This document shows positions 1 to 12,160 of a DNA stretch of 64,000 nucleotides, in pieces. Made by a program: the position numbers and the translations under genes. The stretch comes from Cladosporium halotolerans (lineage: Eukaryota): the NCBI RefSeq assembly GCF_011745625.1, contig NW_027191475.1, forward strand, positions 1-64,000, in the 5' to 3' direction. Every line of letters begins with the position of its first letter. Positions within the stretch are counted from its first letter, which is position 1. The notes under the pieces are model-generated. The model was given only the letters and a program-made list of their open reading frames with translations, ran no database searches and was not told where the DNA came from.

Positions 1-299
1 CTGATTGCTGATTGATTTCTGATTGAGCGCCCACCTGACTGATTTGATTCCTGATTGAGCTTCACCTGATTCTGAATATTCAAGATTCAAGATCTATGTT
101 TCAACCATGAGCCCGTCAATCTCTAGCCCTTAGACTCATCCCAAAGCCCAAGGATATAGGCCATCACGCATCGAGACCTCATATCAACAAGTCAGTGAAA
201 GACCACCGTAAACATCGTAGTCACACTTCACTACCACCAAACCACTTTACTGGCCCGCACCCTCCCGGCGCTAGCTGCGGGCCTTTTGGGGACTCGACA
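1..299. mobile_element. Truncated LTR-like (solo LTR) remnant running off the window start
   Basis: No ORF. CTGATTGA reiterations at 1-70; ends ...GGGGACTCGACA (TG..CA-type terminus). Shares blocks with 52215-52847 (ctgattga..gcccacct; gaccaccg..atcgtag) and with the 41647-42170 repeats (CCGGCGCTAGCTGCGGGC at 265-282). Confidence 0.45.
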
Positions 300-1189
300 T
301 CTGATTTACAATTTATTTTTGCTATTCTTTGGAAATCTGCCTAGGCCAGTGCATCGAACCCAGTAAAACTACGTAGACTGCCGAGTGCAAGACGGCATGA
401 ATACACCTCTACTAGCCGCAAGCAACTGAAAATAGCCAGAGAGAAGGGCTCTTACACGCAAAGGGTGTCGTACGAAAGGCCACTACTTTGACTCAGCCAC
501 CAATCGCTCATCTCGACGAACGATGCATCCTCCCACCGAGCCAAAGCTCAACGTTGACTCACTGCGCTCCCGGCCAATCTCACAGACAAAGCAATCGATC
601 ACGACAGCCGCGATCAGAAGCAGAAGGAAGACAGCGAATCAATACAAGCGAAGAATCACACATACTATCTAGCAAAGTGGGTATCGATATCGTCCTCGTC
701 CTGTCCTGTCCTGTTCGGTCCTCTTTTTTTTTTTCCCATCATGGCGATCATCGATCGTGGTGATCTCTGTAGTGATACGTAATTCGGGCTGGTGAAAAGT
801 TGACGAATCCCGACGAGTCTTGGTCGGGAGGAAAAGAGAAAGAGAAAAGAAATCCAAAGCCCGTTCATTGGTTCAGGTCTTCTGTCCTTGCGCCGTGATC
901 GCCCGGTTTTCGTTTTTGAGGTTCCGTTTCCGTTTCCGTCTCCGTTTTGCGTAAGGTCGTAGAATGCTGGTTCTGTGGTTTTGTTAGGTGGTGGTGTTCA
1001 TGAGATGTCGTGTCGTGGTGTTGATGAGAATATGGTGGTGTAGTGGTATAGGTCGTAGTAGTAATCCATGTAATCGTCGAAGTCAGATGTAGAGAAGCGA
1101 GAAGAAGGGCAAGGTAGGCTTGCTGAGCCTACGAGGCGGTGTTGACCGCGTCACAATCACAGACGCTGCGACAGCGACCCCCAAGGCCC

Positions 1190-4002
1190 TCAGCGAAGAC
1201 CAACCTCGCACCCCCCCTCAACCCCCCTGCACGCCGCGCCCTCCACCGCATCGCCATTGATAGACGGAATAGCGCTGCTCTGCAGACTCTGCGTGTCGGC
1301 TGTGAGAGGCGGCGGGGTGTTCGCGACGGAAGCGTAGTGGCTTGCGAACGGCGTGGGGAGAGCGAGGGAGAAGGACGCGGGCTGGTGTTGTTGGTGGGGC
1401 GGGACGCCGAAGCGGCGCATGCGGCTTTCGATCTGGGGGAGTGTCAGTAATGGGTTACGGGGATGCAAGGAGTGGGCTGGCTTACTGCGGCGATTTGTTT
1501 GCCGCATCCGTGGCGTTTGGCGTGGGCGATTGCGACGGCGAGGTGACTGGTGAAGAAGAGGTAGTCTTGGTAGCAGAGCTTGTCGAGGAGCTTTTCTGTG
1601 ACGGTGGGTCAGTATTTACGAATGAAAGAGATTCATGGAAAGACTTACGAATCACGTAATTGCCGAAGTTGTCCTTGATCATAGACACAAGGGTTGTATC
1701 ACCCTCCGAGCGGCGTTGATCAGCCGCCGTCAGGTCGTTGACAACGTTACGCCTCCAGGTATCATCCGAGTATTCAATGCACTTCTCAACGACGTTGCTG
1801 GCGAATTTGTGCTTGCTGTAACCCTCCAGACCTTGAAGTACGATCCGGAAGACGTGGTTCTTGTCCATGGGACTGCCTTTCTGGACCACGTGCTGGACAA
1901 CGTAGTTTCCGTATTGGTCCGCGATCATGCCTTGCTGCATACTGTCATGTAGCTCAGACAGAATTCTCGGTTTCGAGGGAAACCACTCCGGCCGTTCGAG
2001 ACAGCGTTGTATGACTCGGCAGCCGTACGGGTGTAGGCTGAGATGTTGGACCTGACCAAGGAATGCCTGGTAGATGAAGCCGATGGTCTCGGGCGCGCAT
2101 CGCTCGATAGCCTTTTGGATGACGTGGTTGCCGTTCTGATCCTTGACGCACTTCAAGACATGGTTCTCGAGCTCACCGACCAGAGCGGCTTGCTGTTCGA
2201 CCAGGATGTGCTCCAGCGCTTTCTGCACGACTCGGCAGCCGTACATTTGCAAGCTCAGACACAGCACCTGGCCACGCATCTTGTTCGCCAGCATCTTTTT
2301 GTGGTCCTGATGACCATGATCGAAGAACTTCTGGATCACATAGTTTCCGAACACGTCTTGCATCAGCGGAATGGCATTCGGTTCAATCTCGCGAAAGACA
2401 CGTTCCTTCTCGTCCGAGTTGGCGGTCTCAAGCTTGGTCTGAATGAAGCGTGACCCATACTGGTCACCGGCAAATTCTGCGATGTGGTCGAAAATGTCGC
2501 TGAGCTCCCAGCGCTTGTTGTTCTTCCCGGCATTTTTGAAGTCGTATAGCTTTGTGCTCTGAACGCCGTCGCTCACAAAGTCTTCGCGGCTAGACATTCC
2601 GTTTTCTAGCCCGCCGATTCCCATAGGATACATCGACAGATATGACGCCGGAAGACCAGGTTGAATGCCGTTTGGAAGTGCGTATGGGTTGAGGAGCGCT
2701 GCAGGATACGCCGACCTCAAAGCCAGCATATGCTGCACACGCGGGTCCAGAAGAGCTTGCTGTTCAGACAATCCGCCCAACTCCCTTGATAGTGCGATCT
2801 CGTCGGCGTACGCTGGCCATTCGTTTTGCGACTTCACGCCATTTGGGAAATCGTAAGCTCTCGGAGACGCTCCACTAGTCGTGAATTGTTGTGTCGGACG
2901 AAAATCGGCGGTCGCAGGAGACTGGCCAAATCGTATGGTTGAGAAGCGAGGAAAAGCAGGCGGTTGTGTTGATCCGTAATCGTCTGAGGCCAGATAGCTC
3001 AAGCTCAGTGTATCGTTCTCTTCGAGGTTTTGCTTTTCATTTGATGGCAAAGAGTTGAACCTGGAGGCAACTTGGGCCGTCCTTTGACTCATCTGACCAG
3101 ACCAAGGCTCGGATGCCTTCCGTAGCGCGGCCGCATGGCCATCTTGGCCTAGACTCATCTGTCCAAATTGGGGTAGTAGCTGATCAACCCCATTGTGGAA
3201 TGAATTTGCGTTGCGCTGAGAAGAGAGCGAGTGTGTGCGAGTGCTGCTGGGAGTGAATCGCGTGTTTGATGTTGGCTCCGGGAAGGTGGGCTCCTGGTTG
3301 GAGTGTCTGGAAGGCGGCTGACTGGGGTCCCGGGAAGTCGCAGCGCTCATCGACCAGATCGATTTTCTCGTCTCAGTTGGCGAGACCGAAGCGCGTGGGC
3401 TATCAACAGGAGGTGCAGTTGCATTGAACTTTGTGTAGAGTGTAGGCGGGTCGCTCTCGTGGCCTGGGAATGCGCTTGATGCCATCCGGGATTTGAAGTC
3501 GTTGCTTGTCAGGTTGATGACCGGCGGGCGTGCTGATGTGGGCGAGATACTCTCGGTCGGAGATATGCCAGGCTGTTGCGAGCCAACCGTGGCATTTGGT
3601 CGAGTATGCGCCAGGTCGGAGTAACGATTGCTGGAGAACGACCTGTTGTTAGACTCTGCTCGAAAGCCCCAAGTCGAATTTGTTGGGTGAGAGCCCTCCA
3701 ACAGCACGCCCGATCCTGACTTCTTGTCTTCAGTTAGCTGTCTGGCGGAACCATGTGCGCCAAAGTCGCGCAGCTTGCTGGCATCGGTCTTGGTGTCTCC
3801 GTTGCCCAAGCCACTGTTAAAGGCCCAGATGTTCTTCTCCCACGGCGATGTCAGAGAGCTCGTGGTGCTGTTCTTGGATGTATCGGGAAAGGCTGCGCTG
3901 GAGACGTTGGTGAAAGAGTGTGACTGGGAGAAGGGAGGGATGTCAGCGAACGAGGTGTCAGACGATAAGCGCACACGGACGTACATTGCTGGAGAAAGCC
4001 AT
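1190..4002 (-). CDS. PUF3: Pumilio-family RNA-binding protein Puf3; exons 4002-3985, 3923-1649, 1595-1486, 1432-1190
   Basis: Eight PUF repeats with recognition motifs SRFIQ, NYVIQ, CRVVQ, NHVIQ, CRVIQ, NYVVQ, SNVVE, NYVIQ. Long S/P-rich N-terminus. Three GT-AG introns with CTGAC branch sites keep the frame. The start codon is inferred. Confidence 0.92.
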
Positions 4003-7000
4003 GACTGTAGGTTTGGAGGCACCGTGCAACATTAAGCAAAGATTATGTAGGGATCGTGAAATATGAACGTCGCGTCGTCAAGGTCGTGAGGCGATGGGTT
4101 TAGTGTACAGGTGGGGTCGTCCGATGCCAGGATGTCTCGGTAGATGAACGAGACGAGACCCAGGCTTCAGCAGTGAGGCAGAAGCGGAAAGTGAGTAATC
4201 GCAAACGTGGAATCTGCAGAGCCGTCAGCAGAGGGGCGAGGATGCATTAGAGTTCATGAGGCTGACGGACTTTTGGTGGAGCAGCGGGCAGGTGTTGTGT
4301 GGAGGGGATGGGTGGATGCGGAGGCGACTATACACTGGATGGTGGTGGTGGTGATGTGTACACTGCATGTACAGCGAGGCTTGCGACGGGAGGTATGAGA
4401 GGCCTTCCAGGTGCCGGCCGGCGAAGGAGGAAGAAAGAGTAAGCAGGCGGGCAGCAGGCGGCGTGGTTATGTACGAGGCGGCAAGCCAGGCGGGCGGTGG
4501 GCCCTGTGCAAGGTCAAGCCAGGCAGCGCCGACAGGCTCCTGTGCTCGAGGGCGAGCGAGCAGAAATGAGGTGCGCGCCAGAGGATGGCATGGACGAGCG
4601 GCGAGGGGCGCGCGATCTGGCGGACTGCTATGGAGGAGGAGAGTTTGGAGGTGAGGGCGGCAGCGGAGGGCATGCAAGGGACGCGGCAGCCGAGATGGCG
4701 TGGAATGGAGGAGCGGCGCGCACGCATGTACATACAAAGACGAGCCTGGGGCGGTGGTGCGGTCGCGTGCGCGCGGGAATGGAGGGGCGAAGGGAGAGAC
4801 AAGACGAGACGATACGAGACAGGACACGGCGGCGGCGGCGGGCAGGCCTGCAGACGTGCACGACTACATAAGTGACGGGTGCCGTGGACGTCGGCGCAGG
4901 CGTGGCCGTGGGCGTGCTGTGCTAGGGATGTGTGTATGTGTGTACCTCCTGTATGTATGCGTGTGCTGCCGCCCTACATGCCATATCGCTGCTCCACCGC
5001 CGCTCGACATCTGCTCATCTGCTGCTGCTTCACCCGGCGAGCCATCCTCCACGCCACTCTCTACTCCCGCCAGGCCATGTCATCTCATGGCAATTCCAGA
5101 AGTGCAGGACGGGCGGCGGCGGATGGGCACAGGGTGCAGCAAACGGAGCGGTGCGCCGGCAGCCCCAGACCGGGCAGGGCGCTTGCCGTGAGCCTAAGCC
5201 CAACAGGCACTGTCAAGCGTGCTGCTGTCGAAGGCTATACCGCACTACACCACCCAAGCGCCCGTTCGCCCTCCGGCAAGGCGTCTCTAGCGTGCGCCTA
5301 ATCCGGCGTGAAACGCGCCTCGCCCGCCCGTCCAAGGTACAGACACCACCTCAGCCTCTTGGCCGCTGACCACTCCACGCCCGCCTCTGCCAGCGCTCGT
5401 CGGGCACCACGCCCATGCCCACGCCCACGCCCACCGCGCTCTCACGTGTCGCCCCCAACACTGCTTGCTTGCTCACCGGCCGCTGCAGCACTGCACTCTG
5501 CACACATGCAGTCGCAGTCTGGCACCCGCGCAACGGCCGCCTGCTGGACTTCGGTCGGACCTGTCTGCACACGCCCGACCAGGTACTGCCAATGACTATC
5601 TCGACTCGCACTCCCGCCCGCCAGCTCCACCGCCGCCCTCCAGCACACACGCCCACACGCCCCCATGTCCCTCCGTCCAGCCCAGGCCCGCGCAAGATCC
5701 GGCTGCCACTTCATCCTTCGCTTGACCGCTCTTTCCCGCGCCGCAAGGCTGATGCGCTTCCGTCGCCCGGCGCATCGCCCTCGTCCAACGACTTCGCCCC
5801 GCCACGCAGCCCGTCGCATGGGCGCTGCTCGCCCTCGTCGCACAGCGTCGCCCGCCGCCGCAGCAGCAGCAGCACACAGCTTCCTCCTTGTCAGTCGAGC
5901 AGCGCGAGTGCGGAGTCTGGCGCGTCATCGTCATGCTCCGTCCGAGAGTCCTGCAGCCAGCCAGCCAGCCAGGCAGCCCCGCGAACCTACCCGTCGCGAG
6001 AAGTACTGTGAGGTAGGCCCACCGATATCTCAGACGCCCGCGCCAGCAATCCCGTCAGCGCGAAGCAATCACCGCCGCGCGCGTCGTTTGCTCTCGCGTC
6101 GCGGACGCAGGGCAAGGGCTATCTCGGTTCCGTCGCCCGGCCGCGTCGCGGCGTCTGCCTTCCCCAAAATCAGCCCCCCATGCAACCCGACCCGCAGCCA
6201 CCCGCTCATTCCGAACCACTGGGAAGCCCGGGGGCCCTCATGACTTCTTTCCCCTCGTGTTGCGATGACGATCGGGGCTGGTTTTCGGTTCCGCTGCTGC
6301 TGCTGCTGTTGCCAGCCGCATGGCGTTTTTGGTGGTCGCTTGCTCTTTGCCGCTACGTAGTGACGTGCAGTGCGGTGCGGCCTGGGGCAGGCTTTCTTGG
6401 GGTGCAGGCGGGTGATGCGTGCATTTTGAGTAGGAACCTTGCCTCGAGTAGGCTGTGAGGCGTAAGAGCTTGAAGATCCGTGGAGGATCAGGGCCCTGCT
6501 CCAATGCGCTGCGTAGGTGGTAAGTGGTGACATGCGTCGCTCTAACTTGTATCTCAGGCTTTGCAAGCAAGACAGATGTGACTCGCGGAGTTTGATGTCA
6601 AAAGCAGTAAGTTCGTTCTCAGACGTGCCTTTACGATTCAATGATTTTTGTGAAGGTCAAGTTGCTGGCCTACCATAGGGCAATGGAACGTTCATGTGCG
6701 GTAGGGCCTTGTTAGACTTGCCTCACGCTCGACATGTTTCGTCTCATCGAGCGGGGTCCTGCATGCATGGGTACTTCGAAATTGCCTCTTCGATTTCACG
6801 CCTATGACGACGATTCGGAAGGATACACTCAAGAGAGAGTTGGGTTGTACCTTCAGGAAATCAACATTCCATTCTGGAGGGTAGATGGTGAAACTCGGGG
6901 AAGACTCCGACGCTTCGCACCGCGTTCGATGTCAAGCACCAGTGACCTCGGGCTGCATCTAGTGATCACAAAGTGTTTACATGAAAGACGTTTCTCAGTG

Positions 7001-7504
7001 GTATTAAGTATGACATGACTGGCAAACCCTCCATCGATCTAGATGGGTCACCCATGATGCCTACTTGAGGGCAGTATCATCGCAGGAGATGTGTGTCGTT
7101 GACTTGCAGTGCACTTGCAGTGAATCATTCTCGTTTGGCACTCCTTAGTCTGATCAGTGTTGATTGAGAATCTCAATTATAGGCTTCACCACAAACTAAT
7201 TAGCACGCAAAACGGACCGTCCCATCACCGCGCATGAGTAACGAGTGCTCATCCTCCATGCACCCAGAAGTTCGAGTCACACCTCGGCGGCAAGGGTCCC
7301 GAGCACCCACCAACGCCGCTCTAACCACATCCGACGCCCGGTGCGAGAGAATTCCGTGACGCAATTCCAGTACAAAACCTCCACCACAGTCCAGACTCCA
7401 AGCACTGCGATCCAGCACGCTCAAACCCCTCCGAACGACCAAACACCCACTTCCACAAAATAATACCCGACACAGCGACCACACCCCTCCCCACCACCGC
7501 AATC

Positions 7505-8417
7505 ATGGCTGTCCGCGCAGCTTTCGAAAACTCCAACGAGTGAGCAAACCCACCTGCCCCACCTCGAGGTGAGGTCTTCAAAGAGAATACCATCCACTGA
7601 CACCGCGCGCGCTCCCAGAGTCGGCGTCTTCTCGACCCTCACCAACTCCTACGCGCTCGTCGCCGTCGGCGCCTCAGAGAACTTCTACAGGTAAGAGCCG
7701 CCCGCCGTCCGCAGAAAAAGACGAACCCCGCGCATGCGCCAGCGTACACACCGGCACAATCAGCTAACACCCCTCCCCCACAGCGTCTTCGAAGCCGAAC
7801 TCCAAGACGTAATCCCCATCTGCCACACGACCATCGCCGGCACGCGCATCGTCGGCCGCCTGACAGCCGGCAACCGCAAAGGCCTCCTCGTCCCCACCAG
7901 CACGACGGACCAAGAACTCCAGCACCTGCGCAACAGCATCCCCGACAGCGTCAAGATCCAGCGCATCGAAGAGCGGCTCTCGGCGCTCGGCAACGTCATC
8001 TGCGCCAACGACCACGTCGCCCTCGTGCACCCGGACCTCGAGCGCGAGAGCGAGGAGATCATCGCCGACGCGCTCGGCGTCGAGGTCTTCCGGCAGACGA
8101 TCGCGGACAACGTGCTGACGGGCAGCTACATGGCGCTGTCCAACGCGGGCGGCATCGTGCACCCCAAGACCAGCATCCAGGACCAGGACGAGCTGAGCAG
8201 CCTGCTGCAGGTGCCGCTCGTCGCCGGCAGCGTCAACCGCGGCAGCCCCGTCGTCGGCGCGGGCATGGTCGTCAACGACTGGATGGCCGTCACGGGCCTG
8301 GACACGACGGCGACGGAGCTGAGCGTCATGGAGAGCGTCTTCAAGCTGGGCGAGGGCATGGCGCCCGGCGCGATCAACACCACGCACAAGGAGGCCATGG
8401 TCGAGTCCTTCTACTAG
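7505..8417 (+). CDS. TIF6: Eukaryotic translation initiation factor 6; introns 7540-7618 and 7691-7783
   Basis: Spliced product [42 protein letters not shown]...[21 protein letters not shown]...AGSVNRGS is the eIF6 signature. Confidence 0.97.
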
Positions 8418-8596
8418 ATGTCTTCATGGAGGGTTCCCGATACGAACGCCTCTCTTTCGGCCGATCACGCGAAATCTTTTTCAAGTCTTTTCTTTTTGCT
8501 TGCGTGGGATCCTTACGCCCACCACTTTTCTTTACCGGCATTGAGCGCGGCGTTAGGCTGGGTCTGAGCGCGTGGCGGAGGGAGCAACGATGGTGG

Positions 8597-8624
8597 AGGC
8601 AGAGGCAGAGGCAGAGGCAGAGGC
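8597..8624. repeat. (GGCAGA)n microsatellite downstream of TIF6
   Basis: ggcagaggcagaggcagaggcagaggc seen directly. Confidence 0.8.
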
Positions 8625-9311
8625 GGGAGAGGACAGCGAAGCGAATGCATCTCACCAACACGGCGGCTATGGAGACGATCTCGGCTGGAAAAAACGAAGT
8701 CTACGCGCACGTCTCGTCGTCACAGATTTTCCGATCGAGTGAGCGATGAAGCCCCGGCGACTCGGAATCGGATCTAGAAGGCGCTTGAAAGAAAGAAAAT
8801 CGCAGCTTGAAAAAATTCCTAAACTCCTCGCCGTGGTTTCACGGCGTGACGTCGGGTAGTCGGGTAGTAAGTAAGTATGTAGTCACTTAATGAGTCGCTA
8901 CGAGAAGTGTGTAGAGAAGAAAGGGAAAGAAACAGCCAGACAAGAAGAAAAGCAAAAAAAGCACCCAAGTTATAAACAGCAACCCAGCCGTCGCCTGCCC
9001 GATGTAGGGCGTCGGAATCTCGATCAAACGCCCAACACCAGTCGCCTTGTCCGGCTAGAAAGTCAAGTGAAAGTCTCGTCCTGTGTACGTTTCCGGGGGA
9101 TCGTGTCGACGTGAAGTGAGAATTATTGGTGGGGAATTGAAGTCAAGGGGTCGTTGCGGGTTGGTCGGGGGCGCGGGCTGGAGGGATGCCTGGGCCGGTG
9201 AAGTGCTTTCGACAAGATCATGGTGGCGAGAGGGTAGGACAAGAGCCTCGACGTCGCAGGTGATGTGATGGCAGTGGGACGGACAATCGCGGCTCACGGC
9301 GCCCAAGAGCC

Positions 9312-10324
9312 CTACTCAGTGTCGCCCGCCCCGCCACTGCCATTGCCACTGCCACTGCCACCAGCCCCGCCCGCCGCCGCCGCCTTCGCCTCGCCCTCGA
9401 CCCCCGTGACACCCGCCTTCTGCGCCGCCTTCTTCCACAGCTCGACCTCGCCCCAGGCGCGCTGGCACTCGCTCTTGAGCTTGTCGCAGCTGGAGCTCAG
9501 CTCGGCGATGGCCTGCTCCGTCAGCAGCTTCTCCAGCGTCCACTTCTCGATGTTCTGCGTCTCGTTCTCCTTCAGCTGCGTGATGAACTGCACGGCGCGC
9601 GCCAGGATGCTGCCTTTGTTCTTCTCGCACCCGGGCACGATTTTGGCGAGCTCGTTGATGCCTTCGTTGATCGTTTCGCGGCGGCGGCGTTCGACTGGGA
9701 GGGGTTGTTAGTGGGGGTTTCTGGGGAGGGGGTGCTTGAGGCGGCAAACTTACCTTCCTTGTGATTGTCTCTGCGGACCTTGTGCCACTCGTCAGAGCCT
9801 ACTGTGGGTTTGCTGCCACCGGGCGTGGCTTGAGCGCCTGAAGGCGAGGATGCATCGCCGTTTGGTGCGTTTACTTCCATGTCACCGAAGCTAGCGGATC
9901 GCTGGACGGGAGTTTGATCGACAGGTGTGCCCGAGACGCGGTCACCGCCCTCAGTAGGTTGGTGCATGAAAGTGTTCTCTGTAGGCTGCGGGACCGTCAT
10001 GGTGTGATACTGCGCCAGGGCTGCAGTCGCCGTGTCGCTCGCGCTCGACACCACGCCCTGGGTATGTGAATGTGACCGCTGGTGGCTCGAGTTCTGCTGA
10101 TCTGAGTGCTCGTGCTGTGGTGCTGGCTGGTCGTCTGCGATCGCATTGTCGTTGTGTGAGTGCGAGAGGACGGTGGAGAAGTCGATTTGGTTGTCGTCGT
10201 CTTCCGTGTGGTGCAGGTACTGCTGCTCGAACTCCGATGTGTCCTGGCCCAGCCCGGGCGCGGCGCGCATGTCGGGCATGTCTTGCGAGTCTCTTTTGCG
10301 CTTTTGGGGTGATGCGACGGACAT
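9312..10324 (-). CDS. CBF1: bHLH-zipper transcription factor, centromere-binding factor 1 family; intron 9695-9753
   Basis: GSDEWHKVRRDNHKE|VERRRRETINEGINELAKIVPGCEKNKGSILARAVQFITQLKENETQNIEKWTLEKLLTEQAIAELS is the Cbf1 bHLH-ZIP. GTAAGT...CTAAC...CAG intron. Confidence 0.92.
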
Positions 10325-10913
10325 GGTGATGGCTACTTGTCTAACAGAGTATGGTATCGGCTCTGGTGGGCTCTCGAGTGTGACCCTGGCGAAAAGTGTA
10401 TGACAGGAGAAGAAGTGTTACAGTAGATTGACAAGGTGTGGCGTGGTCTAATGTACTGGTCAGTCCGTATCGGTATCAATGGCTTAGCATGTCAACGGGA
10501 TATGTAGCAAGCGACGAGATCACAAGAAGGCTAGGACCGACGTCGACCGCTTGCGACCGCACGCAGGCGTAGCTACCGGCGAGCACTCGTCGCAGGGACA
10601 CGCGCAAGACCGTGACAAGGCGCTCGCACATGCTCCTCGACAGCGCATACACTGGTCACCAGCGCGCATACTGCTTGAGCATGCGCCGTCGACGACACAG
10701 GCCTGCGCAGGACAGCGAGGTGTATGCGACGACGAGCATGCCCTCGCGCGCCTCGGTCGCACGCGACGGTGCACGCAGCAATCGCCCGGTCGCCGGCGTG
10801 GTGTCGTGGCAGCGCGACGCCGATGCGTGGTCGGCCGTTCCGCGGAAGTCAAGGAGACGGATGGATGTTGCGTACCTGAGGTTGGATTTGCTGAGCGCGT
10901 CAGGTGATTCCTG

Positions 10914-11176
10914 GTCACGTTGTAGTCACGTTGATGGGCCTCGAGCTGGACCGCGGGCTGGAGCGCGAGCGGGTTCGGGTCCGCGGGCGCGCGCGGGCGG
11001 CAAGGCGTCAAGGCGTCAAGGCGTCGAGAGCGGGTCAGCGTGCGAAGTTCGCCGGGCTCGCGGCGCGTCGAGCAGAGGAGGGCAGAATCGAGTTTCTCTC
11101 GCGCTCCCAGGAGGCGGCAGAGCGTCGTCGCTATCAAGGCGCGGCGGTGCTGGGCCTCGACGGCGGAGGTCACATG
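10914..11176. promoter_or_regulatory. Cluster of CDEI/E-box-like sites upstream of CBF1
   Basis: GTCACGTT at 10914 and 10925; GTCACATG (matches RTCACRTG) at 11169. Confidence 0.3.
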
Positions 11177-12160
11177 TCCGCCCTGCGCTCGTGACCCGGG
11201 ACCTCCCACCTGCCGTCCGCCGCCATGCCGCTTCGGGCGGGCACGTGTTGGCCTCGGCGCTGGTCGACGGCGCGATGGTGGCAGCGCGGCGTCTGATAGG
11301 GCGGCGCAGGGAGAGCCTGAGCGGCCGTGGGCGACGAGGTGTGCCACCACCACCACCTCGCCCCTTCATGCTGCTGCTGCTGCTGCTGCTGCTGACCGGC
11401 GCGTCGACGTGCCATCACGCGCCGCGCGCCGGCTGTATCCATGTATCTCGATGTTCGGCGCGCGTGGGATGGGCGGTGAGGAGCAGCAGCCTTGGGGCCT
11501 TGGGGTCGGCCGGAGTGCAAGGATCGAAGGCGAGGCTAAGGTATCCGGAGGGCTTTGTTGATCGATATGTCTGAGGAAAGCTTGGGTCATGCGGCCGAAA
11601 ATACATGGAAATCCGTCGGCGAGGCGGGTCATCTGCGCCATTCTATGCATCTGCAGCAGGACTCGCGAGGCTGGAAATGCCGGTCCGCATGTGTTCCCCG
11701 ACGCCTGCCTGTGTTAGGCAGGTAGGATTGGCATTTTCCACTGAAATCTGGCTCAAGGCTGGGTGGTGTTCCAGTATGGTAGCCTATTAGTCACTGAGAT
11801 GTGTTTGAGGAAGGTGCCCTGAAGACAAGAACGCATTTTCATCTAGGTGCGGTTTGTAGACGCGATGCCAGGGGCGGTTCGCTCAGCCCTCACAATTGGA
11901 AGCTATACCTTTCCACCTCACGCCCAGCACCGGGCGGCTTCAAGAATCATATCGAATTGATTTGCGAGCCTGCAATGCTGATACCCTTTGGTTCCACGAC
12001 GATCGACAGTGATGGAGACGTTGAACCGATCGATGAAATCAAAGCATCTTCACCAATGTGATAAAAAGCATTCCATCAAGGAACATCTATCATTTATGTA
12101 TACGAAGATCAACTTCACAACCACAACCCAAACCCCCACCATCTAACCTCCCCTCCCCAC

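Noticed and set aside
4200..6650. Many overlapping 60-200 aa ORFs upstream of PUF3
   Set aside because: This is GC-rich low-complexity promoter/leader DNA. The ORFs are R/P/A/S-rich in all frames with no domain, as expected by chance.
10520..11650. 278-aa and 320-aa ORFs upstream of CBF1
   Set aside because: These are GC-driven spurious frames with no motifs, and they include a (CTG)n microsatellite.
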